Shown here one piece after another: positions 11,501 to 20,540 of a stretch of DNA of 64,000 bases. Positions within the stretch are counted from its first letter, which is position 1; the number at the start of each line of letters is the position of its first letter. A program made the translations under genes and the position numbers. Origin of the DNA: Haplodiscus bocki (Eukaryota); NCBI GenBank assembly GCA_965655095.1, contig OZ296648.1, positions 8,742,001 through 8,806,000 on the forward strand, given 5' to 3'. Under the pieces are notes generated by a model that saw only the letters and a list, made by a program, of their open reading frames with translations, did not search any database and was not told the DNA's origin.

Positions 11501-14500
11501 ACGTTCTATTGATGAAAGTATGAATATTACTTATTCTCTGGGTAGAGTGGGTAAAAAATGCAAGTTAAGTAAAAGCGTCATATACAGAGTTAGGTCTGTC
11601 ATCTTGAAAAACTAGTACTACTATCGGCGGGCTTTTCTTGTCTCAACTAAAGCGCTGACTCAAAACTGATTGAATTGCGATAATTTACAAAAGTAAACCG
11701 AAATGCCACAAAAATATATTGTGTATGGTGCTTGTTTTATGCATTCATGGCCCTAGGATTCGGGTTAGGTTTCAAGTTTCCTTGTCGAAATGTTCGGCCC
11801 ATACAACCATTTTCTTTTAGGATTTATTGTTTTGCGCCATATTTACAAATATGGGAGCAAAATCATCCACTCAAATAGGTGCGTTTTTTACCCGATGTTT
11901 GCCAATTGCGTTTACGCAAGTTAGATGATGTTCGTTCACGTTTCTAAAGCTGAATTTTTTTCACCAAATTGTAGCAAATTTGTCGTAAAATGCGACTGGA
12001 ACAGTAAGATTTCTCAGAATGTTCGAAATCTGTTTTTTTTTCTCGGGAAAATAGATGGGTTTTTTTTCGAAAAAACCTTTGAATTTTTCGAAATCGATAA
12101 ATGCGTCAATTTTTTCGTAGGATGCGTATCAGATGGTATTATTTCTTAAAAATGTCTGTCTACCCTTTTTTCGAGGTTTGGAAAAATTAGAAAATATGAT
12201 GAAGAAACAGAGTATTTTGAAAAAAAACGCTTTCATCTTCCAAAAAGACATCTTTACCAAAATGGTAAGGCGCAAAATATGCTGGTGGTAGCCGGCCGTC
12301 TTGTATATTTCAACCATTTAAATCCAATTCCTCCCAGCTGGAGCGAACATCACTATTTAATCTTAGGATTTCAATTACATGTAGAAATTGATTCAAACAA
12401 ATAATATCAAATTTGTCAATTCAATTAGCATCTTATTTTCCGCTTCTTCAAAGCTGTCGGCCAGTTTTTTCAACTTGCACAATCCGAATTTTTTTTATTC
12501 TTCTGAATTCTTAGCTTTTAATGTCTCGCGTCGTTAATGCATATGTTTTGCTTTTGTTTTCCTCAATCTTTCTTTTGTTTTTTGTGCAGTTGTTCCAGGT
12601 AGGACCGGAACTCAGTATTTTTGGGCAAAACGTGACGAAAACCAACTGATTTGGAAAATCTTAAAATCGACAATACTTAAAATGTACAGTGCTAGGAGCG
12701 TTTTCTCTCCGTTCGAATAGGAAAACGAATGCGATGGTTTAATGAATAGATACTTTTTTGGTTATCATTTTTAGTCGGCGCCTGAAATAAGACAGAACAT
12801 TACAGTGGTTATTTGTTTTTTTTTTCAAGAAAATCTTGGTGAATTGACAGATTTGATTGGCTGGAAGATGGATGAGCCACAGTTTCCTTGCTTCTTGCTA
12901 GATGGAGAATACCGAATATATCATGTGGTAAAGTTATCGTCGATTATCAGCTACTTGGATAACCTTGTCAATTTACCTTGCCGTAGTTAATAACCGCAAA
13001 GTTTGATTATCCGCCTCAGACAATATTATTAGATTTTGGCTCTTTATTGTTAAAAATAATCGAGCTCGAGCCAGCTCTAGGTTAACCGCGATCCTCGGTT
13101 AGCGCTACGATATTGTCTGAGAGAATGCTGATGGAAAGGCAAGGATTCCTGTAGTTGCCTTGAGTGTGATGATTTTTCGTGTAATCAGAAGTATTCAAAA
13201 CATCAAGGCCCTCTACGATTTTTTTGCGCCATGCGGGCCGCGTCGAATTTATCCGTTCTCAGCTTGTTTGATCACTCCCTTGGTCGGAACGCAGCTCAGG
13301 AGCAAGAACTTCCTTTTTCATGTTCAGTTTTGACGCCCAAGGGTGGAACTGACTGCGTTTGCTGGCTTGCTCTTCTTTTTCCTGAGAAAACAAATTAGAA
13401 GCTATTTTGCACCCCTCAGTTTTCAAGTGAAGTCCTTTCAAAGTAAATGACAATGTCAGCTTTACGATTTTAGTCGTACTTTTCGAAAATTATGCAACTA
13501 ACAATTTCTCGTTAAAAACGCACGCTCCGAGAAGACAGTACTTCCATATAATAAATATGGCATAAAATAATGAGAAAAGTCTGCTTTTCAGTTTCCATAG
13601 AACTGCCTGCCCATGACTGCAAGGAGGGTGAGATCAAGGCGAAAAAGGGCGAGAAAATCAAGTTCAAACTGAAGCCCAGCAAAGAATTCACGAACAAGAT
13701 TGACGGCTGGGACTGGATCGGAGTGTACAGCGAACAAGAGGCCGTCAAATTGAAAGACTACTGCTCCTCAAAATACGTCACGAGCTCTGATTGGTCCAAA
13801 AGCCGGCTGAAGATGGAACCGAAAGAGTTCAAGCTATCAAACCCCTCTTCGTCCGCTTCATCAGGTGAGCCTGCTCTAAATTACAGTTGGTACTCTACAA
13901 CAGTGTTACATTGTATATTATGATTTTAACATTTCTTAACCGTTTAACCATTGAAAAGTTTCAAACCGTTCTGTTTGAACCATTTTAAGCAGCCCATATT
14001 TTTTACCATTGAAAAATTTGTGTCTAATTTGAGTTGCGACACCCAAATTTTCAAAAACGGTCAATAATGGTTGGTCCAAACTTGCGACTTGGTGTCAAAA
14101 TAGAAGCAAATACATTCAATATGACATCAAAATATATTTGAGACTTCGAAAGTTGCCAAAATCACAATCAAAGAGCTGCTCCCGGATGATAATTAGAATG
14201 GTTCAAAAATGCATTTAGCCGAAATTGTTTAATTAAGTTGCTATTGTTAAAAAAGGAGTAACTTTTGGACTTTTTAACCATAAGGTTTAGCAATTGTTAA
14301 ATCATGTAACACTGCTCTCAAAACCCGGTTGAAATTTAGCTCTTAGCAAGTGCTTTTTGGTGAGCTGTCTGATGAGAGTGTGGTAAATTTGTTTGGTTTG
14401 TTCCCTGGCTGGTCGTAGTGTGCTAGAGAAAACTGTTGCCACCCAAATTTCATGGGAGAAAACATTATATGATTGAATTCAACTTCCATCGATAAGACTC

Positions 14501-14947
14501 TGATCTAAGATCCATGAAAATGATAAAGACCAGCTTATTAATCTTTCTGGCGTTCATTGGTGTCACTTAGTTAAGCCCTCCTCCTGCAGTGTATCAAATT
14601 TTTTGACTACCAGAATTTTCAAAGCACCAAAGATCTCCGAATATCCTTCAGTGTTCCAGAATGGAAAAAAATTGAAAAACTGCAAAAAATCGTCATTTGT
14701 TTATTCTTATTTTCGCGCTAGACCAACAAAATTGGCAATGTCCACTGTGAGTTGAGGCCGGCTGGTTTTAGGTGCGGCCTCGGGTGGTCAAGTCGGTGAG
14801 AATGCTGGCAATGGCAAATACGCAGCAGGTGCTTCTTCCTCTGGTTCCAATTGTGGCACTAGTGGCAGAATGTTTAGAATCATCTACCACAGCGCTAAAC
14901 TGAAGTCAGCCATCGGAACATCGCCTCCTTTCACAATATCAGAATGA
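2277..14947 (+). CDS. Inositol polyphosphate 5-phosphatase with C-terminal SKICH domain (INPP5K/INPP5J-like); 7 exons: 2277-2506, 4277-4443, 5632-5834, 9110-9358, 9909-10215, 13592-13864, 14772-14947 (1605 nt, ~534 aa)
   Basis: Diagnostic 5-phosphatase motifs in order: [79 protein letters not shown] motifs WDWIGVY and IYHS...IGTSPPF follow. All introns are GT-AG with matching phases 2,1,0,0,1,1. The start ATG is uncertain (2277, 2283, 2304 or 2331; an upstream exon is possible). K versus J orthology cannot be resolved. Confidence 0.92.
3200..3800. repeat. Diverged ~170-bp tandem repeat (3-4 units) in intron 1
   Basis: ggaagaagtcaagc..tagttt recurs at ~3399, ~3568 and ~3740, with a related copy at ~3075. 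caggatt(c/t)c(g/a)acgcaaggaa recurs at 3481 and 3659. Confidence 0.7.
3966..4055 (-). repeat. tRNA-derived (SINE-head-like) relic
   Basis: Perfect B box GGTTCGAATCC (3985-3995, - strand) followed by a T5 run; no complete cloverleaf. Confidence 0.55.
4157..4225 (-). repeat. tRNA-derived relic
   Basis: - strand reads aaggttgctGGTTCGATC, a T-arm/B-box-like sequence. Confidence 0.45.
4277..4443 (+). CDS. 5-phosphatase exon 2 ([11 protein letters not shown])
   Basis: Acceptor tttag at 4275-4276; donor CAG|GTCAGC at 4444; GxQE metal-binding motif. Confidence 0.92.
4505..4870 (+). mobile_element. Dispersed non-autonomous repeat family A (hairpin-bearing end), copy 1
   Basis: ttagccggcgcttttattatt…ccgagta at 4571 matches 15219 directly and matches the reverse complement of 7913-7952 and 11625-11662. 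Confidence 0.55.
5515..5585 (-). repeat. tRNA-derived relic
   Basis: - strand reads gTAGTAACTGAGGattagcgc (A-box-like) … aagctgctGGTTCCAATC (B-box-like). Confidence 0.45.
5632..5834 (+). CDS. 5-phosphatase exon 3 (GSKGAIGIR…[10 protein letters not shown])
   Basis: Acceptor tttttgtag; donor AAG|GTTACC (weak consensus). The join gives ERDK|AYLTIL, as expected for the family. Confidence 0.9.
6470..7197. mobile_element. Foldback/MITE-like element with ~320-bp imperfect inverted arms
   Basis: 6582 tttacgacgaatatcaggatgtttttatttctgaaatctctttgtttttg matches the reverse complement of ~7041-7088. The outer ends gaatcgaaagtttggatggattaagatagcct and aggatatcgtaatcgattcaagttttcgatc also pair. Confidence 0.75.
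7440..7990 (-). mobile_element. Repeat family A, copy 2
   Basis: Colinear with 11170-11690 (ccgta.gg.tcaaaatact; ttggggg.atc.caa; ggtctgtc.tcttgaaaaac). Contains the stem-loop tagtcgggc…gcgccgacta. Confidence 0.65.
9110..9358 (+). CDS. 5-phosphatase exon 4 ([10 protein letters not shown] catalytic motif)
   Basis: Acceptor tttcag; donor GAA|GTATGC; phase 0/0. Confidence 0.93.
9440..9862. mobile_element. Dispersed repeat family B, copy 1
   Basis: The end sequence aaaatat…gtggtagccgg(g/c)cgtcttgt and upstream blocks are shared with ~12130-12304. Confidence 0.6.
9909..10215 (+). CDS. 5-phosphatase exon 5 (PTYKF…PAWCDRILW…SDHKPV)
   Basis: Acceptor atttag; donor AG|GTAAG; second catalytic motif. 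Confidence 0.95.
11170..11690 (-). mobile_element. Repeat family A, copy 3
   Basis: Colinear similarity to 7440-7990. Confidence 0.6.
11880..12304. mobile_element. Dispersed repeat family B, copy 2
   Basis: Ends in gtggtagccggccgtcttgt, as at ~9842-9861. The left boundary is approximate. Confidence 0.55.
13592..13864 (+). CDS. Exon 6, N-terminal half of SKICH domain (WDWIGVY)
   Basis: Acceptor ttttcag at 13590-13591, with an in-frame alternative ccatag 9 nt downstream; donor CAG|GTGAGC. Confidence 0.88.
13901..14314. mobile_element. hAT-type MITE (414 bp)
   Basis: Perfect 11-bp TIR CAGTGTTACAT (13901-13911 / 14304-14314), extending imperfectly inward. The 8-bp flanks ctctacaa / ctctcaaa form a degenerate TSD. 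Confidence 0.72.
14772..14947 (+). CDS. Terminal exon 7, C-terminal half of SKICH domain (…[27 protein letters not shown]); not in the ORF track
   Basis: Acceptor ttttag at 14770-14771, phase 1, matching exon 6; in-frame alternative acceptor at 14827-14828. Resembles the SKICH end pattern YYS..L.S.VG.S.PF. Stop TGA at 14945-14947. Confidence 0.82.
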
Positions 14948-15439
14948 GAGAAGAAAAAAATATTGCATTTGTTCTCTTCGTTCCTTTGTTGGTTCTTCCC
15001 AGAATTTTCGGCAGTCTTTGGTGTTTGGAAAATAGCAAACAAAAGTCCAATTTTCTGATTTTCTCGTTTCAGTGTTTTTTTCGCAAAATTTCTTCAGCGC
15101 TCATGAAAGCTATCAAAATCGCTCTCTTGAAATGCGGGGAAAAACTTGGAAACGCAGGTCTAATTTCTCAAGGTAAAAGTTTTTCTTTATGCAAAATAAC
15201 AAGGGAGTCGAATTGCTTTTAGTCGGCGGCGCTTTTATTATCAAGTAAAAAACCCAACTATTGGAGTGGCTAGTTTTTTTAGGTCTTAGGAAAAGTTTAA
15301 TATTATGAAGTACTTCAAGTGTTACTCTGTAAAGCCTTTGGAAAAAGTATTTTTACGAATTACGACTCCGAAAAAAAAATAATTTTACGACGTACTTATA
15401 CTGTTACTCAGTTTTTATTTTTTTTACTCTTTCGTCCGA

Positions 15440-16140
15440 CATGAGGATTTTCGTGCAACCTTTTTCGAAACATTTTTGGAAGATTTTCTTTAATGCGCAG
15501 CAAGGCCGCTGGGGAGTACAGGAGGAACATACGGACTATCATAGAACTCCGGGAACTTTTGATTTTATTCATTCAAATTCGCAGAGAAAAGTTGCGAGGG
15601 ACCCTGTGGATCAGCAACGAGCCTGTGAGATTGCTCAAATAAAAGAAATCAAAGTTTTCTCTGAGTCCCTCGGAAGGTGCTTTTTTTTGAGAATTTTAGT
15701 CTTGGTAATGACCCAAGAATTTGATGTGGTTAAAAGGTCTCAATTATAATCGAGGGTATCTTTCGGGTAAGAGTGTTGCTTTCTCTGAGCTGTGTCAACG
15801 ATGCGAATGAAAAAAAATGAAAATGTTGAGATTGGTCGACCTTTGGCATAGGTGTAAGCGAGATTATGCTAAGTAGAGAGGTTGGCCGTCGAAGTTAAGT
15901 TTAGGAGTACTTTTCAACTCAAGAGCGGGGCAGTATCCGGGCAAAGATGTGGCCATTTTCGGGCAGTGAGAATAACGTGAATGACAAAAGTTTTGAAAAC
16001 CTTGGGCCTATGCAATTTTGTGGATTAGGAGAGATAGTGAAGGTGGTGGAATCTATCGGGGAAATTGAAGTATTTTAGAGTTTTAAATTGTAATTAGGGT
16101 TAGAAACTGGGTAACGGCGTAGTTTTTCCCAAGCTGTGGG
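15440..16140 (-). mobile_element. Decayed Gypsy-like integrase relic, copy 1
   Basis: Colinear with 17480-17935 (gggaccctgtg, gaaggtgctttttttga, ttgatgtggtt.aaagg, gtatccgggcaaag). - strand reads KWPHLCPD and LIHRVPRN, resembling WWP..RDI and LHGVPR. Confidence 0.4.
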
Positions 16141-17031
16141 AATGGAGAAAAATAAAATATCTCTAATTTTTTGAGATTACTCCAACTTGCTCACATAGGT
16201 TACTGAGGATTATTTGTGAAAAAAGTTGTTTTCGTTTTGAGCTTTGCGGAACTTATCATAATTTCGTGGAGCAGTGAGGAGCCTGTCCCATTTTGTTTAT
16301 TGCAGTGCCTGTAATCTGAATCTTAGCCGAACTATCAAGCTATATATAAGTGAGCTTCATATAAGTCATCGCTTTTATAAGAGCCTCTCGTTTCAGTTAG
16401 CCACTTCGGAAAGTGCGCTGAACCGGGAGGCCCTCTTTTGACTTGAGATTTCTGCGCTTCGTTATGAGTGTTTGAATTGTCTTCGCTCGCGATATTCTTT
16501 TTTTGCCAGACAATATTTTTTCTACATGGATCCGCAAAATATGGCCTGTACAGTGAAATTAATTCATTTCGGTTAGAACTGACTGTATCAGTCACCACGC
16601 TATGGCGTTGCTGAGGCAAGGAGTTGCAAAAAGGTACACTGTTCGTTCAAGGTCCACTTGCAACTCAATCTCGACTTAGCTTTTCACCAGCAATCGCAGT
16701 TTCTTTGGAGTGACCAAAACAGGAAAAGAAGCTTACTAAAATGGAACGCCCTTTAAGCAATTGTTTGATCAATGTTTTTAGCCTTACCTAAAATAGCAGA
16801 TTGAGTTTACGTTTTTTGGCACCACTGCATGTCACAATGGCCATAAAGTACTGGACACGTTTTTTGATACTTTTATGAATTTTCACAGATATTTTTTTTT
16901 GGAAAACTTTCACTTAGTTCTCAATCTGTCAGAAGAGGTGTTTAGGAATTGCGATCTCATTTACTGTAACCTCCAAGCCACTCGTTACCATTCATTGTAT
17001 ATGATGTTTATGTTTGAGATTATTACTTGCT

Positions 17032-17940
17032 TTAATTATGACTTGTTTTGAAATTTTTTCTGGAGGAATGAAGTTTCATTTTTCTTAGCAGTTCCAATCT
17101 GGTGGATAGTTTTGATAAAAGCCCTGCCTTCGTCAAGTTGTGGGGACACATGGAGTCACAAAAATTAAAATCCTTGAACTTACTCCAATTTTCTAAAGGA
17201 GTTGAAGGCGACGGTTGAGAAATGGAAGTGCTGCTAAAAGTTTCAGTTAAATTAATTTGGCGATTGCACTCTCTGGAGTATGTGGGCAAACCACTGGGCA
17301 ATTGCAGGCTTTGTGAACTTTCTGATGAATCTTTTCTTGAGAGTAATATAGTTTCGTAGGAATGAATAATCCCTGCAAAATCCACCGTAACGCGGAAGAC
17401 CTTCGAATGCGTATCCCAAAAATTTTTGAGCAGTCCCATCCGTCTAGGGCCGCTATCTTTTTCGAAGAATTTCCGTTCATGATTTTCGAAACTATATGCG
17501 ATTTTTTGCAAATCCGGCAATGCTGCGTGGGGCCTGAAGAGGGGTCCTCTTAGTACCGCCGAGAGTGGACAAATTGTCAATTTTTTGACTGTTTCATTGT
17601 TACCCAGTCAATATGACTATGGAAGTGTAAAATCTTGGAAATTTTGATTTCGTTCATCCAGTTTCGGTGGATAAGGCTCCTGGGGGACCCTGTGCAATGG
17701 CATAGAGATTGTGAAATTGCGCAAATGCAATGAAAAATGGTTCTTTCCCTGGTCTTTTTGAAGGTGCTTTTTTTGAAGAACACTAGTTGTGCGAACGATC
17801 GTGAAAATTGATGTGGTTGAAAGGTTTCATTCTAATGAGGTGTAGTATCTGGGCGAAGGCGTTGCTTTTCCCAAGCTGTTGAAACGGAGGAAAAGGTCAA
17901 TTCCATTACAAGGGAGTATCCGGGCAAAGGCCCATGTCAC
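17032..17940 (-). mobile_element. Decayed Gypsy-like integrase relic, copy 2 (includes the 182-aa ORF 17032-17580)
   Basis: Duplicate of 15440-15950. LHRVPRSL-like segment near 17690; GIIHSYETILLSRK resembles the integrase C-terminal TG.SP.E...GRK. Confidence 0.4.
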
Positions 17941-19379
17941 TACGTCCTTTGTTCAGGTAATAGGTAATTTTCCAAAAGACGTCGTGGGTGCGGACGCTTA
18001 CCCCATTAAAGGACGTATTGGAAAAACGCGTCTTTCCGCCGGGGATGGAGGCTCTCAGAGGACGCTGTTTTGCTTTGCGATTTGTGGAGTTGTTAGAAGA
18101 ACGAGAAAAACATCATTGAACTCCCCGTCGCAAACAATGGCGCTCTATATAGTCTACTGTTGCCAAATTCCAGTCTTTGACCAACTGAAGGGACGTAGCT
18201 CCAATGAAATGGTGCAGAAACTTTTCATTGGTCTGTACCTCTCAAAAAATGTCGAGAAACTAAAATTAATAGCATATCGACTTTTTTCGGAATTTGGCAA
18301 AAAATATAATGCTATTTCGAATAGTACATATATCCGACTACATGTCAATAAAAAATTCTTTGAAGTTCAAAAAGGGACTTATTTTCAACGAAAAGCAAAA
18401 ATAATGAATGGAGCTTTTCATAAGAAATGATAGCACATTGAAAGGCAGGTATTGCGATTTGATATTTGGAAATTCCAAAAAAAAACAAGTTTGTGTGGAT
18501 AAAAAATGGAATGAAAGATTCATAGAAACCTTCATCAAAAGAAGGAACAACACATTACGTAATCATATTTCCAACAGTTTCTTAATTCGTCCAATTCATT
18601 TTGTTTCAGAAGTCTGGGTAACCCCCTTTGCATCCTTTTCCCAAGGTCTTTCACTTCGTTTCTGAAAGTCCAATACTCATCGTCTGGTAAATGTGGGTTG
18701 TTGATTTGCGAGAAGTTCTTTCTATGTTCCTCATTTCTTGGAGAAACAAAGGAGCTGCAATCGCGACGAATTTCTCAGTCAAAGGGCGCCATGTTGTTCC
18801 GCGCTTCGCTCGATTTTTAATCAGAAAATCCTCTGCTTTCTTCAAAAGTGTTGGAGTAATCTGAAAAGAGCAACATTAAGCATGGGAAAAAACTCAAAAT
18901 ATTCTATTTCAAAAGTGAGTTAACGTCTTTTTTGTACGCCGATATCGAATTCGTGTTATTTCAAGATCATGTGCTCTTCCATTCCTGGCAGATAAATGCA
19001 TCTTAGAGTTGGAGGAACGTCGTTTTCACCATCGCTCTCGAAGGACTTGGAGTTCCAAAAGAACTGAAAACAAACAAGTGAAACATATTTTCTTCACACC
19101 AAAAAATAACACAATAGATCCAACGCTTTGTTTTTGTTCGTTCGCTTTCTGGATCTGCAGGATTTCTCTGATCTGTTTGGTCAGCAGTGCAATGCTTCAT
19201 TTTTTGAAATAAATAGTCATGCATCTAAAATTGTCTTTAGATCCGATGCCTGTGTCGTCTGAAGTCTGTGGACCCATGTTTATTTGATTGGTGGTTTCAA
19301 CATTGATAACATTGACATATAATGTACCCATTGAAAGAAGTCTTTGTTGTTTTCACTAACCCATGTGTAGTCCACCATC

Positions 19380-20540
19380 CGTCCTGCTTCCCCGGTTTGT
19401 TTTTTCACAGCTTTTTGGTGCCTTGCGCCTGTTATGGCCCATGGCTTTGTCCACCGGCTGCTAGATGGCAGGTTCACTCGTTTGCTGCGCTCAAATGGAA
19501 CACATCTGCTTCCTGTTGTGGTTCGTTGTGAACCTGAAGCTTCATCTAATTTTGGTTTTGAGATGTCTGCCGCAGTTCTTGAGGTTGATTGGTGAATCGC
19601 TGCGCCCCCTCTCGTAACATTTGTTTAAGACGAATCCCGAGGGCTGGTTTTTGCGGTTTGTTCCAGATTTACGAAACGAACGAAGAGTTGTTTTGCCTCC
19701 CAATTAAGTAAAGAGTCTTGGGGCCGAACGAAGTGAAAAATTTCTTAAACTTCATTTTTGAACAAGTCGCTGGATGACGTGTCTGCGAGTCTTTCCCTTT
19801 AATAAAAAGATTTTAATTGGTTACTGTATTGTTTTCCCAGAAGTGTAGTGGATTCCTTCAAATGCGCAGCGTCAGTTACTTGAAGTTCTCTCAACAGAAA
19901 GAAGTAACTTCTTCCTATGAATTTTCGCTTTAGGTGCCAGGGGCATTACAAAGTCCTGGTCTTGTCCATCTCGGAACAGTTGATCAAGATGTTCGTGCGT
20001 CAAGCTGGTGGTGGAGTGAGACGACATGCATTGCGAAAAACTCTGATCCCAAATAAAGAGCAGCACAAAGTTTCGTACTTGTGATTCAGGTTATATTTCA
20101 AGTACTCTGCTTCCCGCAGTAGTTTCTCTGCTTTTTCGATTATCACTTTTTCGACCTCATTGAAGGCCTCCGCAGTTGGTAGTTCCCCAAAGTACAAGCA
20201 TGTTTGAGCCTGTTGCCGCTTGTTGGATGCCTTGCAGATTGTTTCCTTGAAGTTCACAAAATTTTTTTCTTTTGGGGCTTCGAGGTTTATGTTCGGTCCA
20301 CTAGCACCATTTTTTTCAATCAGGAAGTCTATGAAATCGATCAATCCTTGGCAGACTTTCTTGTTCGACTTGGGAGCCGTTATGCCGCGCAACTCATTTA
20401 TGAAGTGGGAAGAAGAGGCATGACCGTACAACCATTTGTTGTCAGCAGGCCATCTAATCCGCCGAACGTTCAAGTGAAGGAGTATGTCATTGTACTTCGC
20501 GCAACCTCGTTCGAAGTACGGGCGGCGATTTTTCAAGTAT
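19380..20540 (-). pseudogene. Tyrosine recombinase-like catalytic region, copy 1
   Basis: FRNACR (R codon 20021-20023) … FHFVRPQ…LFV … FTTNHNRK (R 19512-19514) … AMGH (H 19434-19436) … KSC (C 19407-19409, exactly +9 from H). Contains stops and frameshifts. Confidence 0.62.

Noticed and set aside
12805-12990. Possible extra exon in intron 5
   Set aside because: Exons 5 and 6 already join in phase and give the expected phosphatase-to-SKICH transition; this ORF has no family similarity.
13015-13121. 12-bp inverted repeat ctcagacaatat/atattgtctgag with an internal hairpin
   Set aside because: Possibly a tiny MITE remnant, but there is no clear TSD and no second copy in the window.
17941-18017. 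10-bp inverted repeat tacgtccttt/aaaggacgta
   Set aside because: Too short and isolated to define an element from this window alone.
17879-18430. 183-aa + strand ORF
   Set aside because: TTG start, no recognisable domain, and it spans junctions between unrelated repeat fragments.
19440-19530. Conserved in-frame TGA and TAG in all YR-like copies as evidence for a reassigned genetic code (TGA=Trp, TAG=Gln)
   Set aside because: The copies also share or accumulate frameshifts, the neighbouring host gene ends in TGA and has no internal stops, and single transitions from TGG/CAG before amplification explain the pattern.
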